DNA from: Eledone cirrhosa
Taxonomy: Eukaryota
Length of the DNA: 64,000 nt
Direction of reading: 5' to 3'
Assembly: GCA_964016885.1 (NCBI GenBank)
Contig: OZ024744.1
Location: 80,104,001 to 80,168,000, forward strand
Below the pieces are notes generated by a model, which was given only the letters and a program-made list of their open reading frames with translations, had not been told where the DNA came from and made no database searches. Of this stretch, positions 37,085 to 48,702 are shown in pieces. The number at the start of each line of letters is the position of its first letter. Within the stretch, counting starts at the first letter, position 1. The translations under genes were made by a program, and so were the position numbers.

Positions 37085-38182
37085 TTAACCTTAACCTGTT
37101 TAACTCATGCAAGCATAGAAAATCAAACAAAAAGTATGATAATTGGAGTATGTACCTGTGCACATGCCTTTTTCTTTTTATATCAGCCACCTCTTCGCCC
37201 CCGCCCTCACTAAAAACAGCTCCATGGCAACTGTATTTCTCATTTGATATGTAAATGATATAAGTTGTGAGTGTCACACCTTTTTCAATACAATCATGGC
37301 ATATAAAAATAAATATATAAAATATATAAAAATATATATAAGAAAAAACAGCATGACTTATAAAACCTCTATTCAAAATATATGGTACATTCTAAATGCT
37401 CTCTGTAAAATGACGAGAAGGCTCATATATGTGTACATATATGGTAGTATGCCATAGAAATACCATATGTCACTACAGCACCCGCAATGACTATCAGGAG
37501 TTATGAGTCTATATATATATATATACATATATATATATTAGTAGTACACTTTAACCCTTTAGTATTTAAGCCGGTTGTATCTGGCCAGAATTCTCTCACC
37601 TCTTTCTGTTCAAACTGGCTGTAACTGGCCACTCATACTTATGTTGTTCTCAATATAAATAATATCAAAATTTTAAGTTTCGATATTATGTGAGGAGAAA
37701 ATATAATAATAAATATATAGTAAAGTAGTTCAATTTAGGAAGGGCATCCAACTTTAAAAACAATGCAAAAAAAGAAGAAAGAAAAAATACCATTGAGTGG
37801 GTTCTTCAGCAATGTCTTAAGGACATACCAACTTCTCCAGTGGTGACATAATATGATGCATCAAGTCTGCAAATCTATAAAGTGATTGGATTTAAAAAGC
37901 GGCCAAAACGGCATAGAAATCATGCCAAATATGGAATGTATGTAAGCAAGATTCAACCCCCCCCCCCCAACACACACACACACACTACCTTATCTGTCCA
38001 ACCCATGATAGGATGGAAAAACATGGAAAATAATAATAATACTGATGATAGACTATATATACTCATATATGAGCTGAACCTTTAAAAAAGAAAAAGAAAA
38101 CCCAGCATGTGACTTATCTACTCTACCTACAAACCCTTAATTTAAAACATATGGTACTATATAGATTTTGTATGTACAATGG

Positions 38183-38262
<80 letters not shown>

Positions 38263-38266
<4 letters not shown>

Positions 38267-38602
38267 GGCACATGGCTCAGTGGTTAGAGTGTCAGGCATA
38301 CAATCATGAGGTTGTGAGTTTGATTCTTGAACTGGCTTTGCATTGTGTTCTTGAGCAAGACACTTTATTTCACATTGCTCTAGTTTACTCAGCTGTAGAA
38401 ATGAGTTGCCACGTCACTGGTGCCCAGCTGTATCATCCATTGCCTTTTCTTTGGACAACATTAGTGGTATGGAGAAGGGAGACAGGTATAAATGGGCAAC
38501 TGCTAGTATTCAACAAACAACCTTTCCCAAACTTGTGCCCTGGAGGGGAACTTCCTAGGTGCAAATCCCATGTTCATTTGTGACTGAAGGGGGTCTTTAC
38601 CC
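38263..38602 (+). mobile_element. tRNA-derived SINE (family C), full length, inserted in (TA)n
   Basis: A box TGGCTCAGTGG, decayed B box GAGTTTGATTC, central TGTGTTCTTGAGCAAGACACT, tail GAAGGGGGTCTTTACCC. Confidence 0.8.
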
Positions 38603-38619
38603 ATTATATATATATATAT

Positions 38620-39408
38620 ATATATAATATAAAGCTGACGGCCGTATGTATGTAACAAACTTTCCGCCAAACGGCTGGACCAAACATCACCAAATTTGCA
38701 CCATAGATGTAACTTTTTCCATGTAAAAAAGTGAGGGTATTTTTGTCTACTGAATTTTGTTAAAAGATTAAAGACATTATTTAAATATTCACTTCTTTAA
38801 AATTTCAAATGTCAACACTTCCAGTTATACGATATTCCTCACTTTTTCTTAGTCTGTCTTTTTAGTTAGATACATAGCTATAACGTCGCTTCTTTATAAT
38901 ATGTCTCTGTATGTCTGGTTGTCTGCATTAGATAATGTTTTTCGAAATATTTACTTCTGCATTAACAGATTGATTTTTTTAGTTTCTGAAGATCCCGTTA
39001 AGGGTGAAAGCAGCGATTCTTTGCTTAAACTTTAATCTGTTATTTTAATATATATATTCGCGTACATTTTCCATACACAAAAACAAAAACCTATTTACTT
39101 CTAACCATGTAATTTAAATATTTTCTGTTACTTGGAATTTCCATTATGGTTGTACAAATTATTGTTTGTTAAAAAATTTGTTCTGTTCAGCCTTTATTGT
39201 TGTAACTATCAATTTTCTTTAACGTACTGGCTGCTGAACTGAGGAATCCTAAAAACTATTCAAACCCAACATCAGACCACGTTAACCCCCGCCAACCCCA
39301 ACCTCACAGACTTGAGAGAGCGAGCGGTATCTTTGCACTGGAGTGGAGATTCCTGAAAAGATAAAATGCCGGTTTACTAGCCGGGCGCCAGCCGGACGGG
39401 CCAGCTAG
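38620..39408 (+). mobile_element. Probable non-autonomous Helitron
   Basis: 5' TATATAATATAAAGCTGACGGCCGTATGTATGT...AAACGGCTGGACCAAACATCACCAAATTTGC; 3' GC-rich hairpin CCGGGCGCCAGCCGG then CTAG|T at 39405-39409. The 5' TC is not visible in the (TA)n. Confidence 0.7.
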
Positions 39409-39560
39409 TATATATATATATATAGGGCAGTGGATTTGCAATACTTTTAGAGCCTCAGACAATATGATGTGTGGCATGAAGTTACGTCCTGAGTTCAAAT
39501 CCTACCAGAGTTAGCTCTGCAGATCTGAATACAGCTAATTTCTTCCAGAATAAAGAAAGA

Positions 39561-40210
39561 GACAGAGAGGAAGTGACAACGACAGAGAGGAAGTGACAAC
39601 GACAGAGAGGAAGTGACAACGGCAGAGAGAAAGTCAGTATGTTAGAAAGACAGTCAGTGTGTTAGAGAGGCAGTCAGAGTGTTAGAGAGGCAGTCAGAGT
39701 GTTAGAGAGGCAGTCAGAGTGTTAGAGAGGCAGTCAGAGTGTTAGAGAGGCAGTCAGAGTGTTAGAGAGGCAGTCAGAGTGTTAGAGAGGGAGTCAGAGT
39801 GTTAAAGAGGGTGTCAGAGTGTTAAAGAGGGTGTCAGAGTGTTAGAAAGGGAGTCAGAGTGTTAAAGAGGGTGTCAGAGTGTTAAAGAGGGAGTCAGAGT
39901 GTTAGAGAGGGAGCCAGAGTGTTAGAGAGGGAGTCAGAGTGTTAGAGAGGGAGTCAGAGTGTTAGAGAGGGAGTCAGAGTGTTAGAGAGGCAGTCAGAGT
40001 GTTAGAAAGGGAGTCAGAGTGTTAAAGAGGGTGTCAGAGTGTTAAAGAGGGTGTCAGAGTGTTAGAAAGGGAGTCAGAATGTTAGAAAGGGAGTCAGAAT
40101 GTTAGAAAGGGAGTCAGAGTGTTAGAAAGGGAGTCAGAGTGTTAGAAAGGGAGTCAGAGTGTTAGAAAGGGAGTCAGAGTGTTAGAAAGGGAGTCAGAGT
40201 GTTAGAGAGA
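39561..40210. repeat. 20-bp minisatellite, about 32 units (GTTAGAGAGGCAGTCAGAGT and variants)
   Basis: Exact 20-bp phase visible across the lines. Confidence 0.97.
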
Positions 40211-40214
40211 AGAA

Positions 40215-40372
40215 TCAACTAGTACTAGACTGATACTTTTTTGTATCGACCTTGAAAGGATGAAAGGCAAAGTTGACCATGGCAGGATTTGAACTCAGAG
40301 AGTGCAGGGATCTGGAAAGAATACTGCAAAGTATTCTATCTGATGGTCTAACAACTCTACCAATTTGCCACC
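40215..40372 (-). mobile_element. Older SINE with the family A core
   Basis: TATCGACCTTGAAAGGATGAAAGGCAAAGTTGACC...GGATTTGAACTCAGA. Confidence 0.75.
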
Positions 40373-40376
40373 TTAA

Positions 40377-40558
40377 CCCTTTAGCATTTAAACTGGCCAT
40401 ATCCAGCCAGAATTCACTCAACTCTTTCTTGTTCTCAAAATAAATAATATCAAAACCTCAAAATCTCATAGATTCGATATTAAGTGAGATATTATGTGAG
40501 GTAAAGCCTTTACCATAAAATACAATGGTAAATATAGAGTAATGTAAATGCTAAAGGG
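40377..40558. mobile_element. piggyBac-type MITE, opposite orientation to 27390
   Basis: TTAA at 40373-76 and 40559-62; perfect 14-bp TIR. Confidence 0.92.
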
Positions 40559-41299
40559 TTAATAAATAGATAACATTAAAAAACAAAAGTAAGGAAAGGG
40601 GGAGGGTGGCAGACTCTACAACCCAGAATATTTCAGCTATGCCCCATGGACAATATGGAGACAGTTTTGTTGCAGACAACAGCCAGTGACACCCACTGCC
40701 ATCAGCCACTCTGCATCATGAGGACTCCTTCCTTGGACAAGATGCACTCCTCCTGATTTTGCAGAGGAAAATAGTAGTTAGGGGAACGAGGACCTCCCCA
40801 GAAGTCTTGACAGCAGCCAGCAAGAAAAGGAAGTGATCGATCAATTCCTGATAAATATACTACAACCAGAATTAGTTGTTGCTGTTGTTTAACTTCCACC
40901 CCTATCTCCAGCTCATAAAACAATATTGATTGTAAAGACTTTCCATTATTATTTTTTTTTCAGGTATTATGTATCTAGGAGTACATTATCTGATTTACTC
41001 TTCCTTTTTAGGAGAAAATTGGTAGTGTAGGTACTATTGGTTTGAAGATGACTTTGTTGCAGTTTTTAAGTGGTCAAGGGGCTTCATGGTTGCTTTGTTG
41101 GGGTTGGTTCATTATTTGGAATGAAGTAATTTTGTAAGGGAACATACACATCATATAAATAAAAGCCACTTAGCTCATCTGTCTATAAATTAATGTTAAG
41201 TAGAAAATAAAATTAAATAATACAAGAAAGATCTTGCTTGTGAAACTATCTATTTCATCTCAGTGTATTTCTACTGCCAACATATATACATGGACAAAC

Positions 41300-41625
41300 A
41301 TACTGAGACAGAGACACAGGCAGGGATGTAGACAGACAGACAGGTAGACAAACATAGAAACTGACAGACAGACAAACAGGGACAGAGACAGACAAAGAGA
41401 CAGACACAGGCAGACATGTAGACATACAAATGCAAACAGAGACAGGCAGAGACAGAGACAGGTAGTTAGACAGACATACCAACAAACAGAGACAGGTAGT
41501 CAGGCAGACAGACAGACATGTGGCAGAGAGACAGAGAGAGAGAGACAGACATAGACAAACAAATAGGGACAGACATGTAGACATACAGACAAAGATAGGT
41601 AGTCAGACAGACAGACATACATATG
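41300..41625. repeat. Degenerate (GACA)n low-complexity repeat
   Basis: Direct inspection. Confidence 0.85.
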
Positions 41626-43044
41626 TACACAGACACGTGTACCTTAACATAATTTCATATGCCAAACCAGTGGTTCAATATGTGACATGGCAGGACTTCT
41701 GAATTACTGTTACAATTAATCTGATGGGCTTCCACACAGTTTCTGTCTACACAATTTCATTCACAAGGTTCAAGTTGACCTGATACCAAGCAATGGGATT
41801 GAACCCGGATCCTCATGATTGTAAAATGAACCTCTTAATCAAGCAACATTGACTTCATTTATATTTGACATTTCATGTTTACACATTCCATTATATCATA
41901 ACATTTCCAATATGAGTTATCTTTTCTTTAATTTCATTTCAACACCACCACTACCACCACTCAATAATAAACAACCTGAAACTGCCCCTGTTGTAAGCAA
42001 TGCTAGGTCAGGTGACCACGTCTTGCTCATACAGAACTGATTCTGGCTTGGTTTCTATAGCTAGATGCCCTTCTTAACACCAGCCTCATTTACACTGAGT
42101 ACTGGGTGCTTTTTGTCGTGACACCTACATGTTTGTATTTATCTAAAATCCTTTCCTCATAAACCATATTACAAACAACAACTTAATAATGATTTCTACC
42201 ATAAGTACAAGGCCAGAAATTTTGGGTGAGGGGAGAAAGACAAAGCTAACCTCAGTAGGATTTGAACTCAGAACGTAAAGGGCCAAAACTATGCTTCTAA
42301 GCATGTCCAACACCCTGTGAATACTGCCAATACACCACCTTCATAATGACCAACTTAATAAGAAAGTAAAATTCTTTGATTATTTTCAAAAATGATTATT
42401 TCAAAAATGATTATTTTCAAAAATGATTTTTTATAAAAAAAAATCATCATCGTCACCATGAGTTATTTTGACTATATATATCCTCATCATTTAATGTCTA
42501 CTTTTCTATATGCTAGCAAGTGTTGGACAGTTCTTCACAGATAAAATCAGTACTAAAGCAGGTCAGTCTGACTTTCAAGACAGACCAAGAATCTGCATCT
42601 CAATTCCATATGGTCTTCACAGAAAGTCAGTACTAAAGCAGGTCTGACCTCCCAGGCAAGCCAGCAATCTGCATCTCACTTTCATATGGTCCCATATTCT
42701 ACTGAGTGTGTTTTATCATGGCACCAGCACTAAGGAGTTTATCATGCTTTTGTCACAATTGAAGGGGCCTCCCAACACATTGTTTAGCAAGCTTTTTATG
42801 GCTGGATGTCCTTCCTATCACCAACCACTGGGTGTGTTTATCATGTAGATCAACACTATATATTTATATCTATATATATATGGCAAACTTCCTTACAGTT
42901 ACCTTTTACCAAATTCACACACACGGCATTGATTCGGGTTGAGGTTATTAGTAGAAGACGCTTGCCCATGGTATGACACAAACATACAGACATGCCTGTA
43001 CCTTCTGACAAAGGTTGTATATCACTGTTCTAGCCATCATGGAA

Positions 43045-43320
43045 AAAAAGTTAAAATTAAAGTCTGTTCTAAGCTAAATGCTCATCAGGCAGGTTTCCCT
43101 CATTATACCTGGTTTCCTTGATATTAAGCAACTAAGAGTATATAACTCTCCCTGGATAGGACGTCAGTCTATCGCAGGATTAACTTCCCAGTTACTGCTG
43201 GAGAAATGTGTGATACAGTGTTTCATTCAAGAACACAAGACAGTAGCCTGTCCAGGAATTGAACCGATGGCATTACGATTGTATGGCAAACATCCTAACC
43301 ATTAGGGCATGTGCCTTCAC
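43045..43320 (-). mobile_element. tRNA-derived SINE, V-domain-like
   Basis: Minus-strand head GTGAAGGCACATGCCCTAATGGTTAGG...GGTTCAATTCC; body contains (plus strand) CCCTGGATAGGACGTCAGTCTATCGCAGG. Confidence 0.65.
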
Positions 43321-43932
43321 ATGGAAAGCAGGCCTTAAAACGACAACGACAATGATGACGATGGTGATGACAGCAACAAAGGTTTGAAATATTATATATA
43401 TTTTTAGTAATAAATAACCTGTTTGAAGTACAAATACAAAAGATGTGCCAAAAAAAATGAATATATATATCATACAAAAGAAAAAGAAAAATAACAATAC
43501 ACATACAATGAAATGAAAAGAAAATCAATTATGTTTATAAAAGATATTTCTAGTTGTGATTTAGATTATAAAACAAGGTCATTTGTATTAAATATTACCC
43601 ACAACAGTCTAAAGCTTAAACTATCAACCTGCTCTCTCTCTCTCTCTTACATTGACTTGGTTTGATTTATAACAAACTATTTCACTCCACTTGTATCATA
43701 AATAAATTTTGTCTTTTTCTTTTTCTATTATTTAAGAAATATTTTCTTTTTGAATAGACAACATATTTTATTAAAGGATTTGTTTTTGATTTTTGTTTTG
43801 TTTTGTTCTGGTAAGGATAATAGCATATTGTTTTATATTTTCTCTTCAGATTTCATATAAAACCCCATCACGACCATCACCACCATATCACCCCCCACCC
43901 CATCCCACCCCTCGGACATCGTTTTTATTTAG

Positions 43933-44731
43933 ATTTTAATCTTGAGTTATGGTGGGCAGGGACAGGGCCATAGACCTTTGTCAGTTCATCTCAGATTGCT
44001 GGGTGCAATTTGTACTTGTGCAGGACAAGGGATGTGGGTGAAAGAAGAGGGGGAGAGGGAAGGATGGAGAAAAGAAGGAAGTGGGGAATGGGGGTGGGTA
44101 GGGAGAAAGAGGAAAAGGAGGGACAGGGAGAGAGGTAGTGAGGGAAAGAAATGGAGAAAGGGAGAGGGAAGAGAGTGATGGCGGGAGAGGGGGGTGGAGA
44201 GAGAGGGTGAAAGAGAGTGAGGGAGAGTGAGAGAAAGAGGGAGATAGCGAGAGAAGGGGAGAGAGGGTGAGAGGGATGGATGGGGAGGGGGATGGTGGGA
44301 GGGAGTGGGGGAAGGAGAGGGATGGGGAGGGGTGGGAGGGATGGGGAGGGGGTGGTTGGGAGGGGGAGGAGAGGGGGGAGGGGGTTGAGAAGGGGGGGGT
44401 GGAGAAAGAGAGGGGGAGGGATGGAGAAAGAGAGGGAGAAAGGGAGGGAGAGGGAGGGAGAAAGGGAAGGTGGGGAATAGAGGGAGGGAGAAAGGGAGGG
44501 TGGGGAATAGAGGGAGAGAGAGAGGGAGGGAAGAAAGGAGATAAAGATATAAATCTTAACATATTGTAATAATTTAGTATAAAATATTTTTAAATGAGTG
44601 TTCATTCAATATTTGTTTACAGTATCTCTCTCGGCACCCCTTGTCTAAATCTAAACTACATCCAGCAATCTGTGATGGACTGATAAAGGTCTATGGCCCT
44701 TTCCCTTCTCACCATAACTCAAGACTAAAAT
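43933..44731. repeat. ~95-bp inverted repeats enclosing a ~500-bp polypurine G-rich tract (MITE/foldback-like)
   Basis: ATTTTAATCTTGAGTTATGGTGGGCAGGGACAGGGCCATAGACCTTTGTCAG at 43933 is the diverged reverse complement of 44638-44731. Confidence 0.8.
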
Positions 44732-44744
44732 GTGCTGTAAAGAC

Positions 44745-45395
44745 TAATATTTAAAGTAAAACGTTGCGGTCATAGTGCTGTCTTCTATTTTTCAAGAATG
44801 TCTTGCTAATGTGGTTTGTTATATCAGATGTTTATAGTATATTTACTACTAGACAGAACGTTGTGAAAGTTCATAGTAAAATAAAGTAGAGACTTTAATA
44901 TTTAATTTGAATCAGTCATAGTTCTGTTTTGTAATTTTCTTGCTAATGTGGTTTGTTAAATCAGATGTTTATAGTATATTTACTAGTAGACAGAACATTG
45001 TGAAAGTTCAGAGTAAAAAATAATGTGAAGACTAATTTTTAATGTGAATTAGTCATTGTGCTTTTCAAGAATGTCTTACTAATGTGGTTTCGTGTGGCTT
45101 GTTAAATCAGATGTTTTTAGTATCTTTACTACTAAACAGAACGTTGTAAAATATAGGCCTTCATATTTAACACAACCGTTGCTGCCAGTGCTGTTTTGTA
45201 CTTTTCAAGAATGTCTTGCTAACGTGGTTTGTTAAATCAGATGTTTATAGTATCTTTACTAGTAGACAGAATTTAATGAAAGTTTCCGGTAAAATAAAGC
45301 AAAGACTTTCATATTTAACGTAAGCGTTGCTGTCATAAGCGTTGCTGTCATGTTTTGTATGTTTTAAGAAGTCTTGCTAATGTGGTTTCATGTAG
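44745..45395. repeat. Diverged ~140-bp tandem repeat, about 4.5 units
   Basis: TCTTGCTAATGTGGTTTGTTAAATCAGATGTTTATAGTAT.TTTACTA.TAGACAGAA recurs at ~44800, 44938, 45074, 45214 and 45372. Confidence 0.88.
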
Positions 45396-45727
45396 TACAG
45401 GACCTTAAGAAGTAAAAAAAAAAAAAAAAAAAAAAAAGCAATATAGCAACAGTAAAGAAGATCATTTTTAGTGACTGTAAGGGGGTGGTGGGTTCTAAAA
45501 ATCAGAAACAATATGACTGAGCAGCAAAGGTGAAGATGGGAGGTAATTAATGATAGTACTCAGAATATTAGATAAGAAACGTACGTTTCGTTGGTACTCA
45601 GGGTTAACAAAACAAGTACCTGGTATGGTGCCGTTATAGTAGTTATTGACCTTAATAATTATTTTCAAACTCACCCTACGAACCTGAGTTGCTCTATACC
45701 TTGGATTTGTTTACCTACCTATTACAA

Positions 45728-45764
<37 letters not shown>

Positions 45765-45851
45765 TAAATTACTGCTGTATCAAGGAAACTGGTTTAACAT
45801 AAACCTTCACTCATCTTTACCATGATCTATATTAGTAAACTCCAATATAAC

Positions 45852-47977
45852 TGTAGCGGTTGTCTCCCTTGTTTTGATTAGGATCTAGACGGGAAGTGGA
45901 ACCCTTTCTGCAACTTCCGGTCAGAGCCCTATAAAACTAACAACGTTAAGCTTCCTTCCTCTCTCTTTGCCTTTTCGGCACCAGGTCAAGAGTCTTCTCA
46001 TTTGGCTCTGCCATTAATTTGGCCAACAGGCGCCTGGCTAAGGCCAGGCGCCCTCTGCCAGCCGCGTTTGCCTGGCAATCAAAACGGTAACTACTAACTT
46101 TGTTTCATTCTAACATCTATCTTTGACATGTCAAGTATTCTATCTACCGTTAATTAAATATTATATACACAAACATTGTCTCGTTTTGTTACATTCATGC
46201 AACTCAGTATCTCCGCTATATTGGTGACCCCGACGTGATACGAACACGCAGCCGTTCATCGCTATAAGTGGTCACCCCCAAAAAAAGAAAAAAATAGCAC
46301 ATCTGGTTTTGTGAGTAACATTACGAATACACAGCAAATTTAGCGACAAACTATGAAAATACTCAAGGACACGCACACACGCACATGTGGAATTCGCACA
46401 GACATACTTTTTCTCTCACGCATCAATTAACTGTCGCATTTCACCAATATATATATATATATGTTTCTCGTTTCTTACAACGAACACTTTCAAAACAAAA
46501 AAAAAAAACATTTCACGATATATATATATGTTTCTCGTTTCTTACAACGAACTCTTTCAAAACACACAAAAAAAAAAAGGAAATTTGATATTCTTTAAAA
46601 AACATTTCAACAGGAACATTTATTTTCGATGAACCATTGCCTTTTGTTCTTCGTTTTCTTCATCGTTCAAATTTTTTTTTTTTTTTTTTTTCCAAAAGTT
46701 CACACCTATAATTATGCTGAGTGAAGCCTTTCTTTTTCATCATTGTCACTTTCAAAATTGCACTATCATTTTCTCGCGCGTTAGAAATATTTTTTTTCAA
46801 CCTTGTATTGGCACGTGTAGGCAGCATAAATTCTCGATTCACTGAGATGTCTCTTACTCACAGACAGCCGCACGCCAGAGATAGCATTTCTCCCCCAAGG
46901 ATTCTTCAGCCTTAAGCTATATTCTTCTATTTGCCGGTTTATAAATTTACAATGTAAATTTACCGTTGATAACCGCGCATTTATTAGGAATGCTTATTTC
47001 TCTGGTCGCTGGCCTCTTGACCCTTCCAGGTCAACGCATTCTCAACATCGACCATCAACTTCGGCTGCTATTTTTAGCACTTTGCGCAACTCATTTTTTT
47101 CTAAAAAAAAATTTTTTTACTGTGAATTTAAACACCGAATACGCTCACTCAGCGAGACAACAGCAGCAGCAACAGCAATATAACAGCAACAGCAATACAT
47201 CAACACAGCTTCACCAAAGCCAGAGAATTTATTTTTGCAGCACTCTTCCTGTGAGAAAATCCATTCGGAGGTTGGAAATTTCACGATGTACCACAGAACA
47301 GAAACCACCTGCATTCATTCTCTGGAACACACTTTCTTTCCTGCTGTCATGTGATTGCACACCTGTGAACTATATTTTGAACTTTGAGCTCTTTTATTAC
47401 TTTTACTTTATTACATTGTATCTTTGGGTGATGGATAGATGGATGTCCAGTCGTTCTCTGGCCAAGAGCGGTTGGCTACCTTGATATCTATCATTGATTT
47501 TTCCAAACATTCTTTTGTCGTAATTTTCATGCCTGTTACAACATTCTCGCCAACTTGCTACATATTTTCATTTCGATTTTTATACACTAAAATTCTGGCG
47601 GGAGGTTATGTAGCGGTTGTCTCCCTTGTTTTGATTAGGATCTAGACGGGAAGTGGAACCCTTTCTGCAACTTCCGGTCAGAGCCCTATAAAACTAACAA
47701 CGTTAAGCTTCCTTCCTCTCTCTTTGCCTTTTCGGCACCAGGTCAAGAGTCTTCTCATTTGGCTCTGCCATTAATTTGGCCAACAGGCGCCTGGCTAAGG
47801 CCAGGCGCCCTCTGCCAGCCGCGTTTGCCTGGCAATCAAAACGGTAACTACTAACTTTGTTTCATTCTAACATCTATCTTTGACATGTCAAGTATTCTAT
47901 CTACCGTTAATTAAATATTATATACACAAACATTGTCTCGTTTTGTTACATTCATGCAACTCAGTATCTCCGCTATA
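45852..47977 (+). mobile_element. Non-autonomous LTR retrotransposon (Gypsy-like, TRIM/LARD-type), 2126 bp
   Basis: LTRs 45852-46220 and 47609-47977 (369 bp, no difference seen by eye). Termini TGTAGCGG...CCGCTATA. 4-bp TSD TAAC. PBS at 46222. Purine tract GGCGGGAGG before the 3' LTR. No recognisable pol ORF. Confidence 0.96.
46222..46253 (+). promoter_or_regulatory. Primer-binding site complementary to tRNA-Trp, extended to 32 nt
   Basis: TGGTGACCCCGACGTGAT is the complement of the 3' 18 nt of metazoan tRNA-Trp (sequence recalled); it continues ACGAACACGCAGCC into the T-arm. Confidence 0.9.
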
Positions 47978-48356
47978 TAACCATACATATACTGTGCGTG
48001 CGTGTGTAAAGCTGTTGCCCATTTACACAAATAGATATCAAATGATGATGGTGTGTGTGTGTGCAGAGAGAGAGATTTAAGTATAACTTACATATTACTA
48101 TTAGATTTAGAAAAGTCTTAAATATTCTTTATAACCAAAGATGGCAGGAAGTCTAATAAATGCAGAAGGGTATGTGTGTCTATTAATATGATATATATTT
48201 GCTTAATTCCACATGTCGCAAACAGATTCAAATCTACATATTTAATAAATTACATTTTATCAGTTTGCAAATTGAAGGAATGAGATACTCACAAATGAAA
48301 ACCAATAGAAAAATAAGTACTATGGTCAATATAACCGAATCAAATATGGCTTTAGC

Positions 48357-48480
48357 AGAGGCATAACTAGGGGAAATAGTGCCTATGGCAAGCAGTGAAA
48401 TTTTTGCCTATGGGTCTAATAATTTATATAAATAGGTTAATGATTCAGTCACCATAGTGTTCTCACCCATGATAATCAGA
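48357..48480 (+). mobile_element. End of a hAT-like MITE; a longer inverted copy lies at ~49775-50064
   Basis: CAGAGGCATAACTAGGGGAAATAGTGCCTATGGCAA...CCCATGATAATCAGA is the reverse complement of 49917-50064. Confidence 0.6.
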
Positions 48481-48571
48481 GTCTTTTATGATAATCTCAG
48501 AGAAACTGCTGAAGCCTATTTTGAGTGTGTATCTGTCTTATCACTTGGATGTTCAACAAAAATAGTCTTGT

Positions 48572-48702
48572 GAAATAAGTACCAGAATTGAAAAAAAAAG
48601 TATTAGGGGTCGTTATGATCAACTATATTCCTTTAAGGTAGTGAGTGAGTGCACCAGCATAGCCTCAATCTAATGACTGAAAGCAGTAAAAAAAGAGTAA
48701 AG
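48572..48702 (+). mobile_element. SINE 3' portion (family D); also at ~27660-27742 and ~49730-50152 (split by the MITE)
   Basis: AATAAGTACCAG...GGGGTCG...CAACTA...CCAGCAT(A/G)GCCTCA..CTAATGACTGAAA.CAGTAAAA. Confidence 0.6.

Noticed and set aside
38270-38345. tRNA gene
   Set aside because: The B box and cloverleaf are decayed and the sequence continues into a SINE body, so it is a SINE head.
40600-40870. Higher-complexity, more GC-rich stretch that might be a host exon
   Set aside because: No recognisable protein motif or consistent splice pair; not supportable without transcript data.
43981-44605. Pro/Ser/Leu-rich and Gly/Glu/Arg-rich ORFs
   Set aside because: Products of the low-complexity polypurine tract.
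46966-47484. 172-aa ORF inside the LTR element (possible gag remnant)
   Set aside because: Non-ATG start, a poly-Q from a CAG/CAA microsatellite, and no convincing gag or pol motif. Needs an HMM search.
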